NCBI GenBank assembly: GCA_018715625.1
Contig: DVLG01000044.1
Coordinates: 5,456 to 69,455, forward strand
Direction of reading: 5' to 3'
DNA length: 64,000 bases
Origin: Candidatus Scatovivens faecipullorum
GTDB taxonomy: Bacteria > Bacillota > Clostridia > TANB77 > CAG-508
Shown here: in pieces, positions 8,627 through 18,957 of the stretch
Position numbering within the stretch: the first letter of the stretch is position 1
Layout: every line of letters begins with the position of its first letter
Translations under genes and position numbers: made by a program
Notes under the pieces: model-generated
The model's database searches: none
What the model saw: the letters and a program-made list of their open reading frames with translations, nothing else
Told to the model about the DNA's origin: nothing

Positions 8627-10105
8627 TTATTTTCTTTTTATTCTATATGTCCAAATTGCTACTCCAAGTATTATAATTAATACAGGAATTACAAATATAA
8701 TTGTTAATACTACTCTATTTTGTGTTTCAGTTGGTAAATAAGTTGAATTTGCCATATCTTTTCTTATTGTTAAATTATTTCCTTTATCTCCTAAATAAGC
8801 CATTGAATTTATAACAAAATCCTTATTACTTCCCAAATAAGATAAAGGATAACCACCATTAGTCATTACATCTGAAATGAAACTTCCTGAAGCCATTATA
8901 ATTAATTTTGACTCTTTTGCATCTTCTCCCTCTCCTATTGTTTTAGTTAATATAGAACCAATTTCAGCTTTTCCAAGTTCTGCTGTTTGTGCAGCAGTTT
9001 TCATGTCTGAAGATATATCTGTAATAAATGCAGCTTCATCTGAAGAAGAAACCAAAGTTTCCTTTGTAACATTTAAATTCTTTAATGTTTCTTCATCTTT
9101 AAATTCTAGTTTTGCTGAATATACAAGCCATAAATTACTATCTGAATAAATGTCTCGTGTAATTTCATGAGTTGATGAAACTTCTGGTATAAATACATAA
9201 GGTGCTGATTCATTTGCTTTACCTTCATCATATTCTAATATATATCCATTCTTTACAGATACTCCATATTCATCTAATACTGATTGTAAATTTGGTAAAG
9301 AAACTGCCTCAGATATTACATCCATTGAAAAATAAATTGCTCCGCCTTTATTAATATAATCTTTTATAGCTTGAGCTTCTGTATCTAATATATCTTTATC
9401 TGGTGACAATATTGCCAAAATATCACAATCTTCAGGTATAGCACCTGCAGTTGCTATATTTAATGAATCGTATTCAAATGCTTCATTTTTTAAATATGTT
9501 GTAAGCACAGATGTTTCTTCTAATTTATATTCATTATGCCCTTGTACAAAATAAATTTTTGGTTTATTTTCTTCTGTCAAACTAAGTATTGAATTTGTCA
9601 TTGTTTGTTCTGTTGTATCAACACTTTGTCCTGTTGTAAAATCATAAGTTGTAAAATCTGTTGAAGCATCTACTACCTTTTCAGCTTCTCCTGATTTTAA
9701 TATTAAAACTGTATACCCCTCTTGTAAATCATGTTCTTGAATCATTTCATAGTTTGATTCTTCTGTTAACATTTCATATTTAATCTTATCATTTACTTTA
9801 TTATATTGTTTTAATAAATCTACAAAAGTTGAATCTTCTAGAAATCCATAACAATAAATAGTTACATCTTGATCAACCTTTGCTATTGCTTCTTTTGAAG
9901 CATCAGACAAAGTATATATTTGATTTTCTGTAACATCTATTTCTGGTAAATCTAATTGTCTAATCCATAAGTTTAATGCAAAATACGCTGCAATTATTAT
10001 AGCTATTATTAAAAATGTTTTTGTTCCATTTACTAACCATTTTCTTTTAAAAGTTAATGAAAGTTTTTCTCTTAATTTAACTTTATTTTCATCCTTATTT
10101 TTCAT
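8627..10105 (-). CDS. GldG-like auxiliary component of an ABC-2 transporter (N- and C-terminal TM anchors, large extracytoplasmic domain)
   Basis: 492 aa with TM helices at both ends. Last gene of an ATPase-permease-GldG-like operon arrangement. Confidence 0.65.
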   Translation of the reverse strand: MKNKDENKVKLREKLSLTFKRKWLVNGTKTFLIIAIIIAAYFALNLWIRQLDLPEIDVTENQIYTLSDASKEAIAKVDQDVTIYCYGFLEDSTFVDLLKQYNKVNDKIKYEMLTEESNYEMIQEHDLQEGYTVLILKSGEAEKVVDASTDFTTYDFTTGQSVDTTEQTMTNSILSLTEENKPKIYFVQGHNEYKLEETSVLTTYLKNEAFEYDSLNIATAGAIPEDCDILAILSPDKDILDTEAQAIKDYINKGGAIYFSMDVISEAVSLPNLQSVLDEYGVSVKNGYILEYDEGKANESAPYVFIPEVSSTHEITRDIYSDSNLWLVYSAKLEFKDEETLKNLNVTKETLVSSSDEAAFITDISSDMKTAAQTAELGKAEIGSILTKTIGEGEDAKESKLIIMASGSFISDVMTNGGYPLSYLGSNKDFVINSMAYLGDKGNNLTIRKDMANSTYLPTETQNRVVLTIIFVIPVLIIILGVAIWTYRIKRK

Positions 10106-10120
10106 TTTGTTTTCTCCCTC

Positions 10121-10801
10121 CTATTTTATACTCTTTCTTCTTTGTAATGTGATTATTGTAAGAAGTATAAACATTAAAGTAAATGAAACAAATGTTATAA
10201 TATCTTGAATTGAAATTAATCCATAGCTATATTTTTCAAATTTATCCATTAAAGAAAATAATCCAAATATTTCATTAATACCTGGTAAAAACCACATTCC
10301 AATAAATACACCTATAGTAATTACAGAAGCAACAATTTGGTTTTCTGTTAAACTAGATGCAAACATACCAAAAGAAATATATGCTAAGCTTAATAGGAAA
10401 AATCCTACTAATGTATTAATCGCTACTACTAGAGATGGATTTCCAAAATATTTTAAAATTCCAAAATACATAAAAGTACATAATTCTGTTATAAACATTA
10501 TAATTGCTGCTGCAATGAATTTTCCTAAAACTATTGATGTAATACTTCTAGGTGAAGTTAATAATAATTGTTCAGTTCCATTTTTTCTTTCTTCTGCAAA
10601 CATTCTCATTGTTAAAATTGGTGTTATAAAAGTTAAAATTGTAGCCCCATTATAAAATAAATATTCAAAATTTACTATTTGAGATTGATATATAGTTAAA
10701 TAGAAAAATATACTAAACATTATTAAAAATAGTCCTATAAAAATATATCCTATTGGAGATAATACATAACTTTTTAGCTCTTTTTTAATTACTGACCACA
10801 T
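10121..10801 (-). CDS. ABC-2 family transporter permease
   Basis: 226 aa with about 6 TM segments. The start overlaps the ATPase gene stop (10801/10803). Confidence 0.75.
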   Translation of the reverse strand: MWSVIKKELKSYVLSPIGYIFIGLFLIMFSIFFYLTIYQSQIVNFEYLFYNGATILTFITPILTMRMFAEERKNGTEQLLLTSPRSITSIVLGKFIAAAIIMFITELCTFMYFGILKYFGNPSLVVAINTLVGFFLLSLAYISFGMFASSLTENQIVASVITIGVFIGMWFLPGINEIFGLFSLMDKFEKYSYGLISIQDIITFVSFTLMFILLTIITLQRRKSIK

Positions 10802-10802
10802 T

Positions 10803-11915
10803 TTAAATATTCCCTCCTTCTTTTTTCTTTGCTTCTTTTTTAGCTTTCTTTCTAGCTTTTTCTTCCTTTTTAGCCTGTTTTCTAAATTCTTTTTCTTCTT
10901 TTATGTTATTTTCTTCTTCTCTTAGTTCTTCGATTTCTTTTTCATATTGCATTTTTTTAATTTCTTTTTGACTATATTCAGGTCTATCTTCAACAAGTTT
11001 TATAAATGCACTTTCCAAAGAAAGCTCTTCTTCTTTCATTTCTAATATAATAATATTATTTTTTGCACATGCAGAGAAAATATTTTTTCTAATATCAGCT
11101 TTTTTAGATGTTTTTACTGTATATTCTTTAGTATCATCTTCATTTTTCTTGTCAAGAACTATATCAATAATTTCTTTAATTTCATTTTTAATTTCTGTAA
11201 ATTTATCATTCATATCATCAACAGTTACTTTTATAACTGTTATATCAGATGTATCTTTTTCTAAATGTTCTGGTGTATCAACAGCAACTATTTCACCTTT
11301 ATCTATAATAATTACTTTTTCGCATAATTGACTTACCTCTGAAAGTATATGTGAACTAATCAATACTGTATGATCTTTTCCAAAAGATTTAATTAATTCT
11401 CTTATTTCTATTACTTGTTTTGGATCTAGCCCAACAGTTGGTTCATCTAAAATTAAAATCTTAGGATCACCTACTATAGCTCCAGCCATACTTACTCTCT
11501 GTTTATATCCTCTAGATAAATTTTTTGTTAAGTTATCTTGAACTTTTTCAAGACCAGTTTTCTCTATTGCTTTTTTTACAGCTTCTTTAATTTCTTTTCT
11601 AGGAACTCGCTTTAATTCAGCCATATATTTAACAAATTCTTTAACTGTTAAATCTGAATATAGTGGTGTTCCTTCTGGCATATAGCCTATTTGTGATTTT
11701 ACTTTTTTAGGTTTTTGATCAATATTATATCCACCAACAATAATTTCACCTTCTGTTGGCTCAATAAAACCTGTAATCATGTTCATAGTTGTAGATTTTC
11801 CTGCGCCATTACGACCAAGAAAACCAACTATTTCTCCATCTTTGACTTCGAAATTAATATTTCTAACCGCATAGAAATTACCATATTTTTTAGTAACATT
11901 TTTTACCTCTATCAA
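10803..11915 (-). CDS. ABC transporter ATP-binding protein with a long Lys/Glu-rich C-terminal tail
   Basis: 370 aa. Walker A GRNGAGKST, signature LSRGYKQRV, Walker B ILILDEPT. The last ~60 aa are K/E low complexity. Confidence 0.9.
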   Translation of the reverse strand: MIEVKNVTKKYGNFYAVRNINFEVKDGEIVGFLGRNGAGKSTTMNMITGFIEPTEGEIIVGGYNIDQKPKKVKSQIGYMPEGTPLYSDLTVKEFVKYMAELKRVPRKEIKEAVKKAIEKTGLEKVQDNLTKNLSRGYKQRVSMAGAIVGDPKILILDEPTVGLDPKQVIEIRELIKSFGKDHTVLISSHILSEVSQLCEKVIIIDKGEIVAVDTPEHLEKDTSDITVIKVTVDDMNDKFTEIKNEIKEIIDIVLDKKNEDDTKEYTVKTSKKADIRKNIFSACAKNNIIILEMKEEELSLESAFIKLVEDRPEYSQKEIKKMQYEKEIEELREEENNIKEEKEFRKQAKKEEKARKKAKKEAKKKEGGNI

Positions 11916-12006
11916 AGTCTTTTCCTCCTTTATTTTATACTCATAAGAATTTTATATATTTAACCTTAAAATAATCTTAAATTATTTTAAAATTAGATAA
12001 CTTGAA

Positions 12007-12660
12007 TTAATTAAGTCTTGCTATTAATGCTTTAATTTTTATTCCTTCTTCTGAAAACATTTTTTCATGTTCTGTTTCGATATTTCTATCAAATATGTTT
12101 TCTTCATGTAAGTTATAAGTTTTACTAATTATTTTAAAACCTGAAGTTTCTAGATATTCAATACTCGCCGCAAATAATTCATCCGAATCTGTTTTAAAAC
12201 ATATTTCTCCACCTGGAACTAAAAATTTTTTATAATTTTCTAATTGTCTTGTATGAGTTAATCTTTTTTTATTATGCTTTTTTTTTGGCCAAGGATTACA
12301 AAAATTTATATAAATTCTTTCTACCAAATCAGCTTTATCAAAAACATTAAAAATTTGTTCAATATTTTGTCTAATTAAAAATAAATTTTCAGGATATTCA
12401 TAATTATATGCTTTTTCTATATTTCTTTTTGATAAACCAAGCATTGCTTCTATCATATCAATAGCTATATAATTTATTCTTCTATTACTAGAAGCAAGTT
12501 CTGCAATAAAAGCTCCTTTACCACATCCTAATTCTATATGAAGAGGAGCTTCATTTTTAAATTTGCTTTTCCATCTTCCTTTAAATTCTTCTGGTTTATC
12601 TATATAAAACTTAGAATTTTCTAATTCTTCTTTTGCCCATTTTTTTCTTCTTATTCTCAT
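12007..12660 (-). CDS. trmB: tRNA (guanine46-N7)-methyltransferase
   Basis: 217 aa. SAM motif ELGCGKGAF and a conserved ...NFCNPWPKK..HNKRRL segment. Confidence 0.9.
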   Translation of the reverse strand: MRIRRKKWAKEELENSKFYIDKPEEFKGRWKSKFKNEAPLHIELGCGKGAFIAELASSNRRINYIAIDMIEAMLGLSKRNIEKAYNYEYPENLFLIRQNIEQIFNVFDKADLVERIYINFCNPWPKKKHNKKRLTHTRQLENYKKFLVPGGEICFKTDSDELFAASIEYLETSGFKIISKTYNLHEENIFDRNIETEHEKMFSEEGIKIKALIARLN

Positions 12661-12713
12661 TTCTACCTCTTTGCAAATAAAATAATTTTAGATACTAAAA
12701 AGATAATAAAATT

Positions 12714-14217
12714 TTAATGTTTTTTATATGTATCTGTATATAATTTATCTCTCTTCACCTCAACGCCATCTTTTTCATAAACTCTATAAGATTCTACTAC
12801 AAGTGAATTTGATGTATTTTTTTTCACTCTAGTACCTATGTATATATCATACTCATCATCTGTTAATAATCCATAAAATTTTACATTAGCTATTCCACCA
12901 CTAACAGATGCTTCTATTTTTACAGGATATTCTCTTCTGTTTTTAAATTTAAAGTCTGTAGACCCCCATACTACTGTTGCATCTTTTCCGAGGATCCGCA
13001 TAAGATGGAACAAACATATGATTTCTTCTGCTTTCTATTTCCATGTTTGCAGCAATAGCTGCATTATATAAGGTAGTAGAAATTTGACAAATTCCACCTC
13101 CAAGTCCAGAAGTAACTTGTCCATTTTCATATATATCAGCTTCCTTATATCCTGCCGCAATTGTTCTTTTACCAACGACTGTATTATATGAAAATATTTC
13201 TCCTGGCATTACAACTGTTCCATTAATTTTTTCTGCTGCTAATCTTAAATTTGTAGTTCTATCTTTATTTGAAGTTGCATATTTGGTAGAAAAAGATGCA
13301 AGTAAATCTGGAAATGCTTCAGCTCCTAAGTCATTTACTGTCACATCTGCCCTAGTATATATTAAGTCTATTGTATATTCTTCAGCATAAGGATCTTCTT
13401 CAATCATTCCTTTTACTTTTTCAGAATCAAAATCTACTCCAACAACATCTGCAAAAACCGCATAAGGTTCTGTTGTAAAATATGCATTTTCTGCTTGTTT
13501 AAAAACTTCCCCATGAATTTTTTCAACATTTATTGGATCTGGCTTTTTAATATATGTAGGTATTTTCATATAACTACTTGCAAAGCTTAGGTCATAAATA
13601 GAATCGATAATCATTTTTTTTAACGAATCCATTTCTATTCCAACCCCATCAATTCCATTTGTTATAATAAGTTCTCCATCTTCAATATAATATGATGGTT
13701 CTTCTAGTTGATCTGGTAAATTAGCTTCAATATTTTCTAAATACATTGTTAGTGATTCTTCATTATAATTAAGATTTGGTTCTATATTAATATTTGTTAA
13801 TAAAGTAGATATATATTCTTGTAAATCTTTAAAAAAATCTCCAGATTTAGCAATTGAAAGAGCATATTCTACAGAAGCATTTATATCAAATTTAGCTCCT
13901 ATTTGCTCAATTTCTAAATAGTACTTATTATTCTTATAAGTTAATTCTAAAGGAGAATCCATTTTATCTCTTAATTCATTTTCAATGAGAGCTATTGCTT
14001 CATCTTTTGTTAAACCAGATACATTTATGCCTTTTATATAAACTCCTGATTGAATAGTATTACTTTTTTGTTGATTATTATAAAACATAAGTATACTTGC
14101 ACAAAAAATTCCTATAACTATTGCAAGCAAAATTACAAAAATAGTTAACGTATGTTTTGGCTTAAACATTTTTAAAATCTCTTTAGTATTTCCTTTAAAA
14201 ATTTCAAAATCTGGCAT
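12714..14217 (-). pseudogene. VanW-family protein gene interrupted by a +1 frame break (track ORFs 12949..14217 and 12714..13013)
   Basis: The upstream ORF ends ...GGGICQISTTLYNAAIAANMEIESRRNHMFVPSYADP, then runs out of frame. The second ORF continues GKDATVVWGSTDFKFKN..., the conserved VanW core. One extra base lies within CCT-C-GGA or a few bases upstream. Confidence 0.8.
12986..12992 (-). other. heptamer CTCGGAA at the vanW frame break
   Basis: Read directly. Minus strand: TTATGCGGATC CTCGGAA AAGATG. Confidence 0.9.
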
Positions 14218-14310
14218 ATTCTTTCCTCAATAATTTTCAATTTCTTTATTATTATATTGTAAAAAAATATATAAATCAATATTTATAAAAAAATTCAAAG
14301 AACTTTTCTA

Positions 14311-14353
14311 GTATATAAAAAGACTAAAAGGATACTGAAAAACAATATCCTTT
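14311..14353 (-). terminator. terminator after the phosphodiester-glycosidase-like gene
   Basis: Minus-strand hairpin AAAGGATA-N11-TATCCTTT followed by TAGTCTTTTTAT. Confidence 0.55.
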
Positions 14354-14400
14354 TAATCCTTTTTTATATTAATATTTTTGGAAACAAAATTATTATAACA

Positions 14401-15621
14401 TTATTTTAATTTTTCTTCAACTAAAGAATGATCACTATCATCACTTTCATCCTTTGTTACTATGAAACCTGTAGAAATTGGTCTTGTTTTGTGTGCACCA
14501 GTACTATCTATAGGATCATTAACTATTACATCATTAACAACTAAAACACTTGATGTTCCACCATCTAAATTAGCTGCATTATAAGCTCCATATCTTTCTA
14601 GTATATCTATTAAATCATTCATATCTGCACCAACTTTTCCAGGCTTTCTACCATTTAATACCAAAAATAGAACTATACCGTCTTGTCTTTGAGCAATTGC
14701 TGTTCTAGGAGCATCTCCCCAACCACCATTGCCTAAAACTGCTGATGGTTTTCCATTTACTATTAAAAATGGACCAAAAGTTACCGCATCTCTTATTCCT
14801 TGTTTTTTAGCTTCACTAACAGACATTTTTCCTAAAACTAATTTATTATCCTCTGTAAATCCAATTATTCCTCCAGAACCTCCATAAGATTTAGTGGTTA
14901 CGTATTCACCATTACATACTGTTATTCCTAGTGGTGAGCCACCTGTGCTATTAAAGTTTGGATCGTCAAATCCTCCTCCATTAATAGCTATTAAAGCATC
15001 ATTGTTTTTAGCCATTGTTGTTAAATATTGTCCAGATTTACCTAAATTTTCTGTTACAACAGTATGTATTCTTGATGGATCATATACAGCAACTAAATAT
15101 CCATCAAAAGATTTTTCTGAAATTTCTATTATTTTATAATCATTATTATTTTCATCTCTTTCCAAAATAGCTCTTTCATATTCATTTTCATATTCAGTTA
15201 CTTTATTTGAGTTTGCAAAATTTATTGAATTAACATCAGTAGTTTCGTTAATTTCTACCACTCTATTTTTGTCTAATATGTATTGAATTGTTTCATCATC
15301 ATAAAACCATGTTGCAAAATATTGATGTGTCATTGTTGTCATTGCAGTAGTTACAAGCCATTCTCTAAAACCGATAAATGGTCCATATAATAATATAAGT
15401 ACAGTTATTATTCCAACACTACCTAAAGAAAATAAACTTGTAAATATGATATTTATTTTTGATATTTTATTACTTTTTTCTTTTTTATTAGATCTTCTAT
15501 TTTTAGAATTTTTTCTTCTACTTGATTCTTTTCTTTCTTCTTCTTGAATTCTTGCTCTTCTTGACTTTCTAACAACTTTTACGCCTTCATCTAATTCTTC
15601 ATCTATTGTACTATTTTCCAT
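14401..15621 (-). CDS. membrane-anchored phosphodiester glycosidase family protein (DUF2233/NAGPA-like)
   Basis: 406 aa with a basic N-terminus and one TM. The C-terminal domain carries INGGGFDD...PRTAIAQ...NLDGGTSS motifs. Confidence 0.65.
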   Translation of the reverse strand: MENSTIDEELDEGVKVVRKSRRARIQEEERKESSRRKNSKNRRSNKKEKSNKISKINIIFTSLFSLGSVGIITVLILLYGPFIGFREWLVTTAMTTMTHQYFATWFYDDETIQYILDKNRVVEINETTDVNSINFANSNKVTEYENEYERAILERDENNNDYKIIEISEKSFDGYLVAVYDPSRIHTVVTENLGKSGQYLTTMAKNNDALIAINGGGFDDPNFNSTGGSPLGITVCNGEYVTTKSYGGSGGIIGFTEDNKLVLGKMSVSEAKKQGIRDAVTFGPFLIVNGKPSAVLGNGGWGDAPRTAIAQRQDGIVLFLVLNGRKPGKVGADMNDLIDILERYGAYNAANLDGGTSSVLVVNDVIVNDPIDSTGAHKTRPISTGFIVTKDESDDSDHSLVEEKLK

Positions 15622-15849
15622 ATTGAATCCTTTCTGTTATAAAATTAACAACTTATATTTTATACGAAAAAGTATTTTTTGTCTATATAATTTTATAGAA
15701 AATCTATAAATATTTGACAATTTTATTTTTTAATTTTTAATGTTAATATTTTTTATTAATATAAATATATAAAAATCTAATTTATTGACTAAAATAGTTT
15801 TTAGCAATATACTATTAATTAATAATTTTTTAAGAACGGAGATAAATCT

Positions 15850-17277
15850 ATGAATAAAAGAAATTTAGAAATGATTGCAGATTTTTACGAATTTACTATG
15901 GCAAATGGTTATTTAGAAAAAAATATGAATGATATTGCATATTTTGATGTTTTTTTCAGAAAAATTCCAGACAATGGAGGTTTTGCTATTTTTGCTGGAT
16001 TGGAACAGATTATAAATTTCATAAAGGATTTTAGTTTTTCAAAAGAAGATATTAATTATTTAGAAGGAAGAAAAATTTTTTCAAAAAAATTTATTGACTA
16101 CTTATCAAATTTTAAATTTACTGGTGACATTTGGGCAATACCAGAAGGAACTGTTGTATTTCCTAATGAACCTCTAATTACTGTTAGAGCACCTATTATC
16201 GAAGCTCAACTTTTAGAAACTATGTTACTTTTAACTATTAATCATCAAAGTTTAATTGCAACAAAAACTAGAAGAATTGTAAATCAAGCTAAAAATAGAC
16301 CGGTTATGGAATTTGGAGCTAGAAGAGCTCATGGAGCTGACGCTGCCATTTTAGGTGCAAGAGCTGCCATAATAGGCGGAGCAGTTGGAACTTCTTGTAC
16401 TATTTCAGCAAAAGAATTCAATGTACCTGTAAGTGGAACAATGGCACATAGTTGGATACAAAGTTTTGATTCTGAATACGAAGCATTTAAAGCTTATGCA
16501 GAAATATACCCAGATAGCTGTACTTTTCTTGTTGATACTTATAATACTTTAAAAAGTGGTATTCCAAATATGATAAAAGTCTCAAATGAAATTTTAAAAC
16601 CTTTGGGTAAAAGACCGGTTGCTGTTAGATTAGATAGTGGAGATCTAGCATATCTTTCTAAAGAAGTAAGAAAGCTCTTAGATGATGCTGGTTATGAAGA
16701 TTGTAAAATATGTGTAACAAATTCCTTAGATGAAAAATTAATTGCTTCTTTATTTGAGCAAGATGCCAAAATTGACTTATTTGGTGTTGGAGAAAATTTA
16801 ATAACTGCTAAAAGTGATCCTGTTTTTGGAGGAGTTTATAAACTTGTAGCTTTAGAAAAAAACGGAAATATTATTCCTAAAATAAAAATAAGCGAAAATG
16901 TAGTAAAAGTTACAAATCCTAGTTATAAAAAATTATTTAGATTTTATTCTAAAGCTGATAATAAGGCTTTAGCAGATGTAATAACCTTAAATAATGAAAA
17001 AATTGAAGAAAATGAATATACAATATTCGACCCTATTAATACTTGGAAAAAGAAAACTTTAAATAATTACTATGTAAAAGAACTTCAAACTATAATTTTT
17101 AAAAAAGGAAAATTAGTTTATAATTCACCAACTTTAAAAGAAATTGCTGAATATTCTAAAAAAGATTTAGACACTTTCTGGGAAGAAATTAAACGTATTG
17201 ATAATCCTCATAAATATTTTGTAGATTTATCACAAAAATTATGGAATTTAAAACAAGAAATGCTACAAAATCATTAA
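15850..17277 (+). CDS. pncB: nicotinate phosphoribosyltransferase
   Basis: 475 aa. DFYEFTMANGY..., GTMAHSWIQSF and ...VRLDSGDL motifs. Confidence 0.9.
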   Translation: MNKRNLEMIADFYEFTMANGYLEKNMNDIAYFDVFFRKIPDNGGFAIFAGLEQIINFIKDFSFSKEDINYLEGRKIFSKKFIDYLSNFKFTGDIWAIPEGTVVFPNEPLITVRAPIIEAQLLETMLLLTINHQSLIATKTRRIVNQAKNRPVMEFGARRAHGADAAILGARAAIIGGAVGTSCTISAKEFNVPVSGTMAHSWIQSFDSEYEAFKAYAEIYPDSCTFLVDTYNTLKSGIPNMIKVSNEILKPLGKRPVAVRLDSGDLAYLSKEVRKLLDDAGYEDCKICVTNSLDEKLIASLFEQDAKIDLFGVGENLITAKSDPVFGGVYKLVALEKNGNIIPKIKISENVVKVTNPSYKKLFRFYSKADNKALADVITLNNEKIEENEYTIFDPINTWKKKTLNNYYVKELQTIIFKKGKLVYNSPTLKEIAEYSKKDLDTFWEEIKRIDNPHKYFVDLSQKLWNLKQEMLQNH

Positions 17278-17391
17278 TTTTTATTTCTTTAAAGTAAAAT
17301 TTAAATAATTTATTTTAGTATTTAATAATCTTTTTATTAATTTGTGAAAAAGACTAATAAAATAAAAATTTATAAAACATTCGTACTAAAT

Positions 17392-17441
17392 AATAAAGAC
17401 AATATGTAATTTTATATTTTAAAATACATATTGTCTTTATT
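17392..17441. terminator. bidirectional terminator between convergent pncB and nadE
   Basis: Perfect 17-nt arms AATAAAGACAATATGTA / TACATATTGTCTTTATT with a 16-nt loop. T-runs on both sides. Confidence 0.7.
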
Positions 17442-17443
17442 AT

Positions 17444-18214
17444 TTATTTATCTGTGTTTCTTTCTAAAAAATTGGTTCTTTTAAAATAATATATAGGAAT
17501 TTGCTCTCTTTTATGTTTAGATATTTTATTTTTATATTCAATTATTTTCATAGCAGATTCATTTGTTCTACCAGTTTCTATATATTCTGAAATTTGTTTA
17601 TAAGTAACTCCCATTTTTTCTTCATCGGTTAATTTCCCTAATCCGTCAGAAGGAGCTTTTTTAATTATTTTTTCTGGAACTCCTAAATATTTTCCAATCT
17701 CTAGAACTTCTTCTACTGTAAAATTAGCAATTGGATTAAGATCAGAAGCACTATCACCCCATTTTGTAGTATATCCTACCATTCTTTCACATAAATTTCC
17801 TGTGCCAAGTACTAAATAATTTAAAGATTGAGCTATTGCATATAGTGTTGTCATTCTTAATCTAGGTTTTATATTTATTTTTGCTTCAGAATTTAAATTT
17901 ATATCTGACAATTCAATTACTCTTTCTAATTCTTGATAAGTATTAGATAAATTTATTTCTAAAAAAGGAACTGAAAAAGTTTCTGAAACTAATTTGGCAT
18001 CTTCTAAATCTGCTGATATAGAATTACAGGGCATTGCAACTGTGATTATTCTATCTTTTCCTAAGGCCTTGCACGCCATTGCTATAACTGTAGCAGAATC
18101 TTTTCCCCCACTATTTCCTATAATTACTCCATTTACTCCTATTTTATCAATATATTCCCTTATCCAAGAAATTGCTTTTTCTGCCTCTTCAATTAATCTT
18201 TTTCTTTCTAACAT
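17444..18214 (-). CDS. nadE: NH3-dependent NAD+ synthetase
   Basis: 256 aa. PP-loop GNSGGKDSATV. Confidence 0.9.
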   Translation of the reverse strand: MLERKRLIEEAEKAISWIREYIDKIGVNGVIIGNSGGKDSATVIAMACKALGKDRIITVAMPCNSISADLEDAKLVSETFSVPFLEINLSNTYQELERVIELSDINLNSEAKINIKPRLRMTTLYAIAQSLNYLVLGTGNLCERMVGYTTKWGDSASDLNPIANFTVEEVLEIGKYLGVPEKIIKKAPSDGLGKLTDEEKMGVTYKQISEYIETGRTNESAMKIIEYKNKISKHKREQIPIYYFKRTNFLERNTDK

Positions 18215-18350
18215 TTATTTTCCCTTTCAAAATAATATATTTTTATATACATAAATTTGATTAATAAGTTTATGCGATATTTAGAATTAGATTTTTTTAA
18301 GCAATCTATTTAAAATGTTAAATTTTTAAAATCATTAAGATGTTTAAATT

Positions 18351-18956
18351 TTAATATAAATTATTTTCTTTAATATAATAATAAACTTCATCAGGTGTTA
18401 AATATCTTATACTTTTATTTCGTTTTAATTTTTCTCTTACAAAACTTGAACTTATATTACTTCTTATATTTTCTTTTAATTTAATAAAAGAGCTTTTATA
18501 TTTTTTTAAAAATTCATCATTTTGTATTATATTTTCCATACTATCTTCATCACGTTCTAAAACTAATATTTTAAATTTAGCTGCAATTTTCTCTGGTTCA
18601 TTCCATTTGGAAAATTCTTTCAAATTATCAGTTCCAAGAGTAAAACAAATAGTATTATGTGGATATACACTTTGAAGAATTTCCAAAGTTTCCAAAGTAT
18701 ATAATTGCCTATCCTGTTTTATCTCTATATCTGAAACTAGAAAATTTTCATTTTTATCACAAACTAGTTTTAACATATTATATCTATGTTCATTTGATAT
18801 TAGTCCAATTTTTTCATATTTCGAATTAACTGGTACAAAAATTACTTTTTCTATATTTTCATATTCATTAACTATTTGTTGAGCCAATGAAAAATGTGAA
18901 TTTAGAGGTGGATTAAAAGATCCACCGAATATTGCGAGTATTTTATTTTCTTTCAT
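18351..18956 (-). CDS. nadD: nicotinate-nucleotide adenylyltransferase
   Basis: 201 aa. GGSFNPPLNSH (the H/T-x-G-H type motif) and C-terminal ISSSFVREKL. Confidence 0.9.
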   Translation of the reverse strand: MKENKILAIFGGSFNPPLNSHFSLAQQIVNEYENIEKVIFVPVNSKYEKIGLISNEHRYNMLKLVCDKNENFLVSDIEIKQDRQLYTLETLEILQSVYPHNTICFTLGTDNLKEFSKWNEPEKIAAKFKILVLERDEDSMENIIQNDEFLKKYKSSFIKLKENIRSNISSSFVREKLKRNKSIRYLTPDEVYYYIKENNLY

Positions 18957-18957
18957 T

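Noticed and set aside
12991-12996. GGATCC (BamHI site) exactly at the vanW frame break, considered as a cloning or engineering scar
   Set aside because: It is a single 6-mer with no flanking vector-like sequence. The surrounding codons still encode the conserved VanW motif, so a natural sequence is the simpler explanation.
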